Notes: generated by a model from the sequence alone, not told the origin. DNA of 64,000 bases from an uncultured Verrucomicrobiae bacterium (GCA_963707025.1 CAVPOM010000004.1:288001-352000); one strand, 5' to 3'. Shown: positions 18,849-28,884, numbered from the stretch's first letter. Translations and numbers: made by a program.

Positions 18849-19608
18849 AATAGTTATCAAGAACCACCGTACTCATAAACGAGACCCAGAAGTCGGTTCC
18901 GGCGGACGGAAAACCGATGGTGTAAAAGCCTTGGGCGTTCGTCGCGTTGGTCACGTACAGGGTCGTCAGGCCCGGCGCGTTGGTCAGCACCCATTGCCAG
19001 GAGACCGGCGGAGCCAGATTGGTCGTGTAAAAAACATCCCACATGCCGTTCGTTGCTGTAATGTTGGAAGGCTGATGAATCACGAACTCAGCCGTCGTCC
19101 CGTTGGCCAGCGCGAAGTTCGTCAGGTACAAATCATCCGGCAAGTACAACGGCAATCCGTAACTGGACACGCCGCCGCCCGAGGAATTGGTCCAGCCATT
19201 TGTCGGCAGCGGCGGCGGGTCACCGGCAATCATTGCGCCCATCCCGCCGTTGTTTGTGGCAGTCGCCACCACGGAGGCCCAATACGAGGGGTAATCCCAA
19301 TTCCGGTCGTCAATGACAAACATTTGGTTGCTGGCCGGTCCATACCCATAGACCGGCAATTGCGGAAGCCAGTCCACCGGCCACGGCGGCATGTTCAGTT
19401 GCGCGCTCCAAAACGTTCCGCTGGCGGGCACCGTGGAAAGTGGCGCCAGCGTGTCCGATTGGTTGGTGAATCCGCCGACCAGGATTTGGGCGCGGCAAAC
19501 CTGGAGTGGGCCGGGCAACCAGCCTGCCAGAATGAGAATGCCAACGCCGAATGAAGCTTTTAAAATTTGCATCTTTACCTTCCTTGGATTGCGATTTCTT
19601 GAAACCAT
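18849..19608 (-). pseudogene. 5' part of secreted IgGFc-binding-domain protein truncated by IS4
   Basis: Signal peptide, W...FY module, then GTDFWVSF domain start; ORF reads into the IS end. Confidence 0.7.
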
Positions 19609-19932
19609 GATTCGTAACCCAGTTGATAATATCGCCCAGGCATCGTGTGGAAAGCTCCCCTATTCTTGGCAATCACCGCCCGTTTGTTGGCCTTTTCGGG
19701 TGGTGGGGTCTTTTCGGCATGTGCTCGATGCTCGGGCTCTGCTCGGGGCCACTGCTCGGGGCCAGACCATAGTTTTGTCGAAGAAAATGCGTCATGGCCT
19801 GTAAATCCTTGAGTTATAGATGGGTCTATACAGTCCCAATATACCCTCCCACCATGAGGCCCGTGCGATACCAGCGCCCTGAGAAACCGCGCCCCAACGG
19901 CCCTCCGCCGCACTTCCTGCCATTTACCATTT

Positions 19933-20053
19933 GAGACCTCTGCAAAACGCGCGTCCACGACTGTAGCGGCGGTCTGTGACCGCCGCCAACCAGCGGAAAT
20001 AACGGTATGGCGACGGTCATAGACCGCCGCTACAGGGGTTTTGCAGAGGTCTC
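19933..20053. mobile_element. 121-bp MITE-like element (family B) enclosing an inverted GTAG-type REP pair
   Basis: Perfect 16-bp TIR GAGACCTCTGCAAAAC; REP arms 19961-19988 and 20008-20035; CATTT on both flanks. Confidence 0.8.
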
Positions 20054-20278
20054 CATTTATCATTTCGCATTCATAATTTCCTCCACCGCCCCTCCCCTCC
20101 GTGTCCTTCGTTTCCTTCTGTTCAAAACCCTTGGTTCCTCCTGTCCATACCCTCGCGGATCACACGGATCAGGAAGACATCACCCCAGCGCTCCAGCACT
20201 CCAGCACTCCATTCACCCGGCCGTCGGACCCTGCTCCGACAACTTGGAACTTGCCGGGGGAGGGAGGCGGGATTCAAC

Positions 20279-21490
20279 ATGGGCGGCATGAAAAGCATCA
20301 AGGGTCAACCGTCCTGGCGCATCGCGTCGGATCGGGTGGAAGCTTTCGTGACGGAATTGGGCGGGCAGCTCGGGCCCATTACCTTTGACCGGCAGGGACG
20401 TAAAATCGCCCCGTACTCGGTCGCGCCTTGGGCGGAGGAGAAGCTGCCTCCGAAAACGCCGGCAATTTTGCGGGCGCTGCGCGGCGATTTTTTCTGCCTG
20501 CCCTTTGGGGGGAATGCCACGGCGTTTGACGGCGAGAAACATCCCATGCATGGGGAAACCGCCAATGCGAAATGGCGCCTGGAGGCCGAAGGGCGCGACG
20601 GCAACAGGCATGGGCTGCATTTGAGCCTCAAGACCAAGGTCCGCCCCGGGCGGGTGGACAAGGAGATTGGCCTGGTGGACGGCGAGGACGCGGTCTATAT
20701 CCGGCACACCATCACCGGCATGAGCGGTCCGATGAGCCTGGGGCATCACGCCATGCTGAAATTCCCGGAGGCGGAGGGCAGCGGGGCGATTTCGACCAGC
20801 CGGCTGGTTTATGGGCAGGTGTTCCCGGCGGTGTTCGAGCAGCCCGAATTGGGCGGTTACCCGGCGCTGAAGAGGGGCGCGGAGTTTCAAGGCTTGCAAG
20901 CCGTTGCGACGGCGGCCGGAGGCCTGGCGGACTTGAGCCGGTTCCCGGCGCGGCGGGGCTTTGACGATTTGGTCATGGTGGTCGGCGACGCCGGGCTGCC
21001 CTTGGCGTGGACGGCGGTGGCGTTCCCGCGCGAGCGGTTTGTCTGGTTCGCTTTGAAAGATCCGAAAGTGCTGCGCGAGACGGTGTTTTGGTTTTCCAAC
21101 CGCGGCCGCCATTATGCGCCCTGGAACAGCCGGCATCTCAATGTGCTGGGGGTGGAGGATGTCACCGCAAATTTTCATTTCGGCCTGGCGGAATCGGCCG
21201 GGGCAAATCCAATTTCCGAGAAAGGCTGGCCGACATGCCTGAAGCTGGATGCGGAGAAACAATTGGTGGTGAACTACATCATGGGGATTGCGCCGATTCC
21301 GGCCGGGTTTGACCGGGTGCAGGCCATTGAGCCGGGCGCGGACCAGAAATCCATCACCCTGGCGGCGGCCGGCGGACAGCAGGCGGCGGCCCGGGTTGAT
21401 TTGGGATTTCTGGCGGGAAAATCCAGGTCAGGAACCGCTGGGGGTGCAGGACATAATTCTTCCTCCAAAGCCGTCGCGCAGGGAGAATAA
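20279..21490 (+). CDS. Hypothetical protein, galactose-mutarotase-like fold
   Basis: Long ORF with host codon bias; FFCLPFGG, HPMHGE, GHHAML motifs; last residues encoded by MITE. Confidence 0.65.
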   Translation: MGGMKSIKGQPSWRIASDRVEAFVTELGGQLGPITFDRQGRKIAPYSVAPWAEEKLPPKTPAILRALRGDFFCLPFGGNATAFDGEKHPMHGETANAKWRLEAEGRDGNRHGLHLSLKTKVRPGRVDKEIGLVDGEDAVYIRHTITGMSGPMSLGHHAMLKFPEAEGSGAISTSRLVYGQVFPAVFEQPELGGYPALKRGAEFQGLQAVATAAGGLADLSRFPARRGFDDLVMVVGDAGLPLAWTAVAFPRERFVWFALKDPKVLRETVFWFSNRGRHYAPWNSRHLNVLGVEDVTANFHFGLAESAGANPISEKGWPTCLKLDAEKQLVVNYIMGIAPIPAGFDRVQAIEPGADQKSITLAAAGGQQAAARVDLGFLAGKSRSGTAGGAGHNSSSKAVAQGE

Positions 21491-21792
21491 CTGCATGGCG
21501 TATATATGTTTGGCATACCCAGCAGCTTGGTCCCGCTCTCTCCTTGCGGCGCGGGCGGGGACTGGAGGAGAAGGTTAGGATGAGGGCGAGCCAAAAAGCC
21601 AAGTCAGTGGAAAGCCCGACCTCACCCCGACCCTCTCCTCCAGGAGAGGGTGGAATCTCCGCCGCCGTCGCAAAGGCCAGGGCTGGGATTTGCCGGGCGC
21701 GCCTGCACCCAGGCGGAGGCGGGCGATGTCTGTGCCTTCTCCCGGGGGAGAAGGTTAGGATGAGGGCGAGCCGCGAACACTTATGTCCTGCA
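21445..21792. mobile_element. MITE-like element, family A copy 2 (348 bp)
   Basis: 12-bp TIR TGCAGGACATAA / TTATGTCCTGCA; colinear with 9763-10476 but two units shorter. Confidence 0.8.
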
Positions 21793-21859
21793 GGCTAGGC
21801 GGGATGAGCCTGTTAAATGATTTGACACAGCCGGGGCAGCGGGAGTAGTTTTGTTAATC

Positions 21860-23569
21860 ATGAATTGCGCTGGTGTGGCTTGTCTTGCGCTGGCCGCCGG
21901 GCTGCTGGCGGCCCCGGCCACGGCCCAGCCAGTCAATAATAACTTCGCCAATCGCACCGCCATCCCAGGGACCAACGTCACCGTCGCCGGCTCGCTGGCT
22001 GGAGCCACCGCGGAAGCCGGGGAACCGTTGCTGGAGGGAATTTCCAGCGGACAAACCGCCTGGTGGAGTTGGACCGCGCCGAGCAACGGGATAGTCACCC
22101 TGGCCGTCAGCTCGGCCAGTTTCAATCCCCTGGTGACCGTCTATGTGGGCGGCAGCCTGCCCGCCCTGGCCCTGGTGGCGAGCAACGATTACCTTATATG
22201 CTACAGCTATGGGGCGTGCGGCTGCCATTGGCGGATGAGGGATGCCATCACGTTCCATGTCGCCGCCGGGGAGCAGTACCAATTGGATGTGGATTCGCCC
22301 ATTATCACGGACGCCTCTTATGGGTGGCAACAACAAACCTTGCCAATTGGGGCTGACGGCGGCCCTGGAACCCTTTACTTCCTCGGCGTGAGCATGACCA
22401 CCAACATTCTTCCCGGCGGGGAGGTGAGCCTGCAACTGCAATTCACGGCCGCGCCGGCCAATGACAATTTTGCCCATCGGGCGCGGCTCACCGGATCGCG
22501 CACTCATGTCAAGGCCAACAACAACGGCGCGACGACCGAGCCGGGCGAACCGGATAAAATGGGAAATCCGGGCGGCAGTTCGATCTGGTACACCTGGACC
22601 GCCCCCGCCTCCGGCCGGGTGACACTCTCGACCAACAACGTCCCGCCCTATCTGCCCCCGTCAAATTCCGAAGGTCTTTATGGATTGGATTCCTTCAGCC
22701 TGGTCTCCGTATTATGGGAATGGGATCCATCCTGCGGAGACGCCGTTGATCAAAACCCGCCGCCGGCCTATTTTCCCGTGCTGGCGGCTTACACCGGCAC
22801 AAACGTGGCGGCGCTCACCCCCGCGAATTGTTTGCCCGTGGAGCTGGCCGGTTATCCTAATGCCATCGAGTTCGATGCCCTCAAGGGCCAGGCCTGCCAG
22901 ATTGCCGTGGATGGCAACATGGGCACGACCGGAGACATCACTCTCTACCTGGCCCTGACGACGCCCGCCGCCAACGACCTCTTCGCCAAGCGCATTCAAC
23001 TGCACGGCATTTATGTTGCGGCCAAAGGCTATAACGCCGGCGCGGTGCCGCAAGCCGGCGCGCCCGACATCGGCAATGGCTCGACCGGAAAGTTGTCGTG
23101 GTGGTCGTGGACCGCTCCGGTCAGCGGGCCGGTTTCCATTGATTTGTCCAACAGCGACTTTGCCTTCCCCGCCGCCGTCTTCACCGGCAGCGCGCTCAAC
23201 CGATTGAGCCTGGTGGCCGCCGGGGCGGGCGGCGTCTCCTTCAACGCCGTGGCGGGTCAAACCTACCAGATTGCGGTAGGCGACGCCTCCGGCCAAACCG
23301 GGGCCATCGCCCTGACCCTGCAGGCCCCGGTGGTGCAGGCTCCTTTGCTCGGGGTGATGCGTGGAGGCTCTTTCAACTCCTCGCTGCTTGACTATTCGGC
23401 CTCGCGCGGGCAGGTGCTGCTCCTGCTGCGTTCCAGCGATGGCGTCCACTGGCAGGAAGCGCAAACCGCCACCGCCTATTTCAACGGCGTGGAATTCCAT
23501 GTCAACCCTGCGCCGATGCCCCGGGGCATGCGCTACCAAGCCATCATTGTGGACCTCGTTTCCAACTAG
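21860..23569 (+). CDS. Secreted protein with three N(D/N)xFAxR beta-sandwich repeats
   Basis: Signal peptide; NNNFANR/NDNFAHR/NDLFAKR plus WWSWTAP repeats; C-terminal RSSDG..W module. Confidence 0.8.
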   Translation: MNCAGVACLALAAGLLAAPATAQPVNNNFANRTAIPGTNVTVAGSLAGATAEAGEPLLEGISSGQTAWWSWTAPSNGIVTLAVSSASFNPLVTVYVGGSLPALALVASNDYLICYSYGACGCHWRMRDAITFHVAAGEQYQLDVDSPIITDASYGWQQQTLPIGADGGPGTLYFLGVSMTTNILPGGEVSLQLQFTAAPANDNFAHRARLTGSRTHVKANNNGATTEPGEPDKMGNPGGSSIWYTWTAPASGRVTLSTNNVPPYLPPSNSEGLYGLDSFSLVSVLWEWDPSCGDAVDQNPPPAYFPVLAAYTGTNVAALTPANCLPVELAGYPNAIEFDALKGQACQIAVDGNMGTTGDITLYLALTTPAANDLFAKRIQLHGIYVAAKGYNAGAVPQAGAPDIGNGSTGKLSWWSWTAPVSGPVSIDLSNSDFAFPAAVFTGSALNRLSLVAAGAGGVSFNAVAGQTYQIAVGDASGQTGAIALTLQAPVVQAPLLGVMRGGSFNSSLLDYSASRGQVLLLLRSSDGVHWQEAQTATAYFNGVEFHVNPAPMPRGMRYQAIIVDLVSN

Positions 23570-23601
23570 GAGCCGGGTCAAAAGCGAGCGATTTTCCGGG
23601 G

Positions 23602-23770
23602 CACCCGTAATGCGTCAGCGACGGAAGGAGTCGCCGTGGGAGTGCGCCCGTCCCCGGGCGCAGCAACGTCCGGCCTCTCGTGGCACACTGCGAATCCCAA
23701 CGCCGCCGGGGCTTCGAGCGGCGCTGCGCCCGGGGACGGGCGCCACCCCTTCACTGACGCCTTACGGGTG
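23602..23770. repeat. 169-bp MITE-like element (family C) enclosing an inverted REP pair
   Basis: TIR CACCCGTAATGCGTCAG / CTGACGCCTTACGGGTG (1 mismatch in 17); inner GCGCCCGTCCCCGGGCGCAGC and its reverse complement. Confidence 0.7.
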
Positions 23771-23844
23771 GCCGCGTGTCCCGATGGCCGCCATCGCTTC
23801 AGGCTTGTCGCCGCCCTCCTTTTTCCATTAGATTGACCAGGCAC

Positions 23845-25575
23845 ATGAAAATCAAAGCTTCCTCCTCGACCCGCCAAAGCAAACCGTCTCTGCGCGCCTA
23901 TTCCGCCATCGTGCTGGACGGGCCGGAGCGCGCCCCCAGCCGCTCGATGCTTTACGCCGTCGGATTCAAAAAGGAGGATTTCAGCAAGCCGCTCATCGGC
24001 ATCGCCTCCACTTGGAGCATGGTGACGCCGTGCAACGCGCACATTGATCAACTGGCCCGCGAAGCGGAAAGCGGCGTCAACAGCGCGGGCGGCAAAGCCA
24101 TCATTTTTAACACCATCACCGTTTCCGACGGCATTTCCATGGGATCGGAAGGGATGAAGTACTCGCTGGTCTCGCGCGAGGTGATCGCCGATTCGATGGA
24201 AACGGTGGTCGGTTGCGAAGGAATGGACGGCTTTGTCGCCATCGGCGGTTGCGACAAGAACATGCCGGGGGCGTTGATCGCGATGGCGCGGCTGAATCGG
24301 CCGGCGGTGTTTGTTTATGGCGGGACCATTCTGCCCGGTTGCATCGCGGGCGATGCCCGCAAGCTGGATATCGTATCGGTCTTTGAAGCCGTCGGGGCGC
24401 ACGCCAATAAAAGAATGGACGACGCGCAACTGGAACAGATTGAGTCCTGCGCCATTCCCGGTCCCGGCTCGTGCGGCGGGATGTACACGGCCAACACCAT
24501 GGCCAGCGCCATCGAGGCCCTGGGCATGAGCCTGCCCAACAGTTCGGCGCAAAACGCCGTTTCCAAGGCCAAGCAGGAAGATTGCCGGCGCGCGGGCGCG
24601 GCGGTCCTGGCCCTGCTGGCGCAAGGCATCCGGCCCTCGGACATCCTCACCCGCCGCGCGTTTGAGAACGCCATCACGGTCGTCATCGCCCTGGGCGGTT
24701 CGACCAACGCCGTGCTGCACCTGCTGGCCATGGCCCACGCCGCCGGCGTCAAGCTCGCCCTGGACGATTTCAGCAAAATCGGACGGCGCGTCCCGGTGCT
24801 GGCCGATCTCAAGCCGAGCGGAAAACATCTCATGTCCGAACTGGTCGCCATCGGCGGCATCCAGCCCATGATGAAGACCCTTTTGCACGCCGGTTTGCTG
24901 CACGGCGGCTGCCTCACCGTCACCGGCAAAACCATGGCCGAAAACCTGGCCAACGTCCGACCCTACCCGGCCTCCCAAACAATCATCCGCCCCTTGGGCG
25001 ATCCCATCAAGAAAGACAGCCATCTGGTCATCCTCTACGGCAACCTGGCCCCGGAAGGCGCCGTGGCCAAGATCACCGGCCAGGAAGGGGCGCATTTTGA
25101 GGGAGTGGCGCGCGTCTATGATTCGGAGGAGCAGGCGCTGAAAAAGATACTGGACGGCACCATCGGGCGCGGCGACGTCGTGGTCATCCGTTTTGAAGGC
25201 CCGCGGGGCGGACCGGGCATGAGGGAAATGCTGGCTCCCACCAGCGCCATCTCCGGCCGGGGCCTGGGCCGGGAAGTCGCCCTCATCACCGACGGGCGGT
25301 TTTCCGGCGGCACGCATGGTTTTGTGGTGGGCCACATCACGCCGGAGGCTTATGGCGGCGGGCCGCTGGCCCTGGTGAAAAACGGCGATAAAATTGTGAT
25401 TGACGCCGGGCAGCGCCAGATCAACCTGCTCATCTCCGCCGCGGAAATGAAAGCGCGCCGCCGCGCCTGGCAGCCGCTCCCGCCGCGCTACACCCGCGGG
25501 GTGCTGGCCAAATACGCCAGCCACGTCACCAGCGCCTCGTTCGGCGCGGTGACGGACGCGGATTTGCAGTTGTAA
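23845..25575 (+). CDS. ilvD: Dihydroxy-acid dehydratase
   Basis: [43 protein letters not shown]. Confidence 0.97.
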   Translation: MKIKASSSTRQSKPSLRAYSAIVLDGPERAPSRSMLYAVGFKKEDFSKPLIGIASTWSMVTPCNAHIDQLAREAESGVNSAGGKAIIFNTITVSDGISMGSEGMKYSLVSREVIADSMETVVGCEGMDGFVAIGGCDKNMPGALIAMARLNRPAVFVYGGTILPGCIAGDARKLDIVSVFEAVGAHANKRMDDAQLEQIESCAIPGPGSCGGMYTANTMASAIEALGMSLPNSSAQNAVSKAKQEDCRRAGAAVLALLAQGIRPSDILTRRAFENAITVVIALGGSTNAVLHLLAMAHAAGVKLALDDFSKIGRRVPVLADLKPSGKHLMSELVAIGGIQPMMKTLLHAGLLHGGCLTVTGKTMAENLANVRPYPASQTIIRPLGDPIKKDSHLVILYGNLAPEGAVAKITGQEGAHFEGVARVYDSEEQALKKILDGTIGRGDVVVIRFEGPRGGPGMREMLAPTSAISGRGLGREVALITDGRFSGGTHGFVVGHITPEAYGGGPLALVKNGDKIVIDAGQRQINLLISAAEMKARRRAWQPLPPRYTRGVLAKYASHVTSASFGAVTDADLQL

Positions 25576-25583
25576 ATCAGCGG

Positions 25584-26135
25584 ATGCAAAACCAACTCGA
25601 CATCGTGCGTGACGTTTCCGCGCGGCTCGATTCGGCGGGCATCGGTTATATGCTCACCGGTTGCATGGCGATGAATTATTACACCCAGCCCCGCCTGACG
25701 CGCTACATTGACATCGTAGTTGAGCTGCGCGCCGCCGACGCCGAACGCTTGGTTCGGCTTTTCACCCCCGACTATTATGTGTCGCGCGAAGCCGTGGACA
25801 GTTCCATCGCTCAGCAATCGCTGTTCAATGTCATTCATCTGGAAAGCGTCATCAAAGTGGATTGCATCGTGCGCAAACAAAGCGAGTATCGCCTGACCGA
25901 ATTCAATCGCCGCCAGCGGATTAAACTTGAAGACTTCCAGACTTGGATCGTCAGCAAGGAAGACCTGATCCTGTCCAAACTTTATTGGGCGAGAGATTCG
26001 CGCTCCGAACCGCAACTGCGCGACGTGAAGAATCTTGTTGCCACCGGCTGCGCTCGTGCCTACGTCGCCCAATGGACGGAGGAGCTTGGCTTGAGCAAAC
26101 TTTGGGAGGAAGTTTTGCAGGGACCACAGGAATGA
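25584..26135 (+). CDS. Nucleotidyltransferase-like TA-associated protein, catalytic motif degenerate
   Basis: YMLTGCMAM...PRLTRYIDIV (expected GS and DxD), KVD, EDLILSKL. Confidence 0.7.
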   Translation: MQNQLDIVRDVSARLDSAGIGYMLTGCMAMNYYTQPRLTRYIDIVVELRAADAERLVRLFTPDYYVSREAVDSSIAQQSLFNVIHLESVIKVDCIVRKQSEYRLTEFNRRQRIKLEDFQTWIVSKEDLILSKLYWARDSRSEPQLRDVKNLVATGCARAYVAQWTEELGLSKLWEEVLQGPQE

Positions 26136-26331
26136 TACCGCGCCAGGAATGGCCGGTCTTGTCCGGAAAAAGCTGCTGTCCCGGTCCGGGGGCGAACGCT
26201 TTATCATGGGTTCGCAATGCTTTGACGCCGCCCGCACCCTGGTTCTGGCCTCGCTTCCAGCCGGCCTGGCTCCCGACGAATTGAAGCGCCGACTTTTTCA
26301 AAGGATTTATGGCCGGCCTGCGCCATTTTGA
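26128..26331 (+). CDS. Small partner protein of the NTase (NDTAPG...ERFIMG...LFQRIYG); start uncertain
   Basis: Overlaps NTase stop; AGG where an ATG would be expected; next in-frame ATG at 26149. Confidence 0.5.
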   Translation, partial: RNDTAPGMAGLVRKKLLSRSGGERFIMGSQCFDAARTLVLASLPAGLAPDELKRRLFQRIYGRPAPF

Positions 26332-26418
26332 CGGACTCTGGTCCTTCGCGGTGCCGGAGGCGGAATTGAAGTTGTGAAAGACGTTGATTTGGGCCTGTGT
26401 GACTGGTAAATTCGCGGC

Positions 26419-26628
26419 ATGTTCGTCGAACAAATTCGAGACCGGTTGCATAACGGATTTCAGCCCTTCACTTTGAAGTTGTCCAATGGGCGGAAATTCC
26501 GGGTGCCGCATGAGGATTTTATTGCGCTCCATCCAAAAGTCGTCGTGGTGATTGACCGGAAGGGAATTTCGCACACCATCAATCCGCTTCATATCGTTTC
26601 CATTGCTGAGGCGACGCGCCATCCATAG
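26419..26628 (+). CDS. Small conserved hypothetical protein (FQPFTLKLSNGRKFRVPHED)
   Basis: Motif resembles short PVC-group proteins; extended -10 six nt before ATG. Confidence 0.65.
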   Translation: MFVEQIRDRLHNGFQPFTLKLSNGRKFRVPHEDFIALHPKVVVVIDRKGISHTINPLHIVSIAEATRHP

Positions 26629-26687
26629 GCCCCGCGGCTTTCGGCTAGTCTTGATCGGCCGGACGATTGCTGGCAGGCTGGCGGGAT

Positions 26688-28012
26688 ATGAATCCTCCGA
26701 CTTTCAGGCCGGCGCTCCGGCAATTTTTGACTGTGCTGATCCTGCTGGCCGCTGCGTCCAGGACGCCGGCGGCCGAGGGCGGCTATGTCCGCTTCCTGCC
26801 CAACGATGGCAACAATGTCTATCCCGCCAGCGGCCTGCTCCGGCAGTGGCCCGCCGCCGGCCCCAAGGAACTCTGGCGCGCCACCCTCGGCCCGGGCAAG
26901 AGCGCGGTGATCGAAGCCGCCGGACGCGCTTTCACCGCCGCGCAGACGGAGGGAAAGCAATGGGCTTTCTGCCTCGATCCCGCCACCGGCAAAACCCTCT
27001 GGCGGACCCTGCTGGCCACCAACGAGAACCACCACCAGGTCGAAGGGCCGGTCACCTCGCCGGTCGTGGATGGCGACCGTGTTTATTGCGTCCCCTACGT
27101 AAACGACAACGGCGATATTTACAAGCTTCGCTGCCCGGTGCTCTGCCTGCGGGCCGGCGATGGCCAGGTGCTATGGAGAAGTGGGGATAATTTTGTCGCC
27201 ACCGAAGGCTCCACGCCCCTGATCGTGGGCAACACGCTCTATATCTCCTCCAGCTTCCGCGAATGCGTTCTCGTGGCGGTGGATAAGATGACCGGCCAAG
27301 TCCTTTGGGAAACCCCCGAGCCGCCGATGCGGGCCAGAAGGCCGTTTATGGCGCCGGCTCTTCTCTGACTTATCAGGTGGTCGAGGGCATTCCCCAGATT
27401 ATCGTCAGCATTTACCGCAACGACAACATGGGCGTGAACGCCCTGACCGGGGCAATCCTCTGGCACTGGCAGCTTCCGACGCCGGTTTCCTCCGGCATGG
27501 TCAGCACGCCGGTGGCGGTCGGTTCGCGGCTTTTTATGTCGGGCTTCCAGTCCCCCGGCTCGTGGGGCATCTGCCTGGACATGCAGGTCAAGGACGGGAA
27601 GATCGAGCCGGTGATCCGCACCCAGAGCAAGCTGCTGCAATGCAACGCCTATCACACCGTTTCAATTGTTGACGGCGCCGTTTATGGCTTTGGCATGGGC
27701 GCCGAACAGGAAAGCCTGCAATGCACCGACTTGGAAACCGGCGCGCTCCTTTGGGAGCAGGCCGGCCCCGACTGGAGCCGCAAAGGCAACCTCACCGTGG
27801 CCGACGGCCTGATTTTCGCTCTGACGAAAAAGGGCGAGCTGGTGCTGGCCGAGGCCAACAAGACCGGATACAAGGAGTTGGGCAGGGTCAACCCCGGCAT
27901 CCGCCTGGCCATCCCCCAGCAACAACCGACCCTCTTTAACGGCCGCCTCTACCTCCGCGGCAACGACACCGTCGTTTGCTACCAAGTCGCCGCCGCTTCC
28001 CCCGCCAAATAA
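26688..28012 (+). CDS. PQQ-like/BamB beta-propeller protein, frameshifted near 27320
   Basis: WPAAGPKELW, CLDPATGKTLW, STP, GRLYLRG motifs across two ORFs. Confidence 0.85.
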
Positions 28013-28028
28013 CGACGGGACACAGTCG

Positions 28029-28058
28029 GATTAGGATTAAGATTAAGATTAGGATTAA
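28029..28058. repeat. Short tandem repeat (GATTAR)x5
   Basis: GATTAG GATTAA GATTAA GATTAG GATTAA. Confidence 0.9.
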
Positions 28059-28153
28059 GAATTGGCTCCGGCCCGATGAAGCGGAAGGGACAGGGCACCG
28101 GCCAGCGCGGAGGCCATTGACCAGGGCGGGCCTGATGATACCTTGGCGGCACG

Positions 28154-28774
28154 GTGATCGCTCTCATTGACTACGATTCAGGCAATTTGCGCAGCGTGCA
28201 GAAAGCGCTGCTCAAGGCCGGCGGCGACGTGCGCCTCGCCCGCCGCCCGGAGGAAATCGCCCCGGCCCGCGCCGTGGTGCTGCCCGGCGTGGGGGCCTTC
28301 GACGATTGCCTCCACGCCCTGCAACAGCAGGAAGTGCTGGGCGCGATCCGGGAATTTATCCGCAGCGGGCGGCCCTTTCTGGGGATTTGCGTCGGCTATC
28401 AGGCGCTGTTTGAGCGCAGCGAGGAATTCGCCAGTTGCGCCGCCGGGCTGGGCATTTTTGGCGGCAAGGTGGTACGATTCGCCGAGCAGCCGGGCCTGAA
28501 GATTCCGCAAATCGGCTGGAACCAGATTGACATCACCCGCCCCGACTGTCCGCTCTACCGCGGCATTGACCCGGGCAGCTACGTTTATTTCGTCCACAGC
28601 TTTTTCCCGCGGCCGTTGGACCGGTCCATCATTGCGACCGAGACGGCTTATGGAGAAACGTTCGCGTCCTCGGTCTGGCGGGACAACGTGTTTGCCACGC
28701 AGTTTCATCCCGAAAAGAGCCAGAAGGTGGGCTTGCAACTGCTCAGGAATTTTGTCGGCCTGGCGGAGGTTTAG
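28154..28774 (+). CDS. hisH: Imidazole glycerol phosphate synthase glutaminase subunit
   Basis: GNLRSV, LPGVG, GICVG, FVHS, QFHPEKS. Confidence 0.96.
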   Translation: MIALIDYDSGNLRSVQKALLKAGGDVRLARRPEEIAPARAVVLPGVGAFDDCLHALQQQEVLGAIREFIRSGRPFLGICVGYQALFERSEEFASCAAGLGIFGGKVVRFAEQPGLKIPQIGWNQIDITRPDCPLYRGIDPGSYVYFVHSFFPRPLDRSIIATETAYGETFASSVWRDNVFATQFHPEKSQKVGLQLLRNFVGLAEV

Positions 28775-28884
28775 GCCTGGAAGTTCCGCGTCAGGCCGCC
28801 CAAACGGTGACCAAACCGCCGCCCGCCCCGATTATTTTTCAGAATTTTCCGCTTTAAACTTTCCACTTTGCTCTTATAGTTGCC

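Noticed and set aside
28029..28058. Telomere-like or functional coding repeat
   Set aside because: Only five hexamers in an intergenic gap; the overlapping RIKIKI ORFs are spurious.
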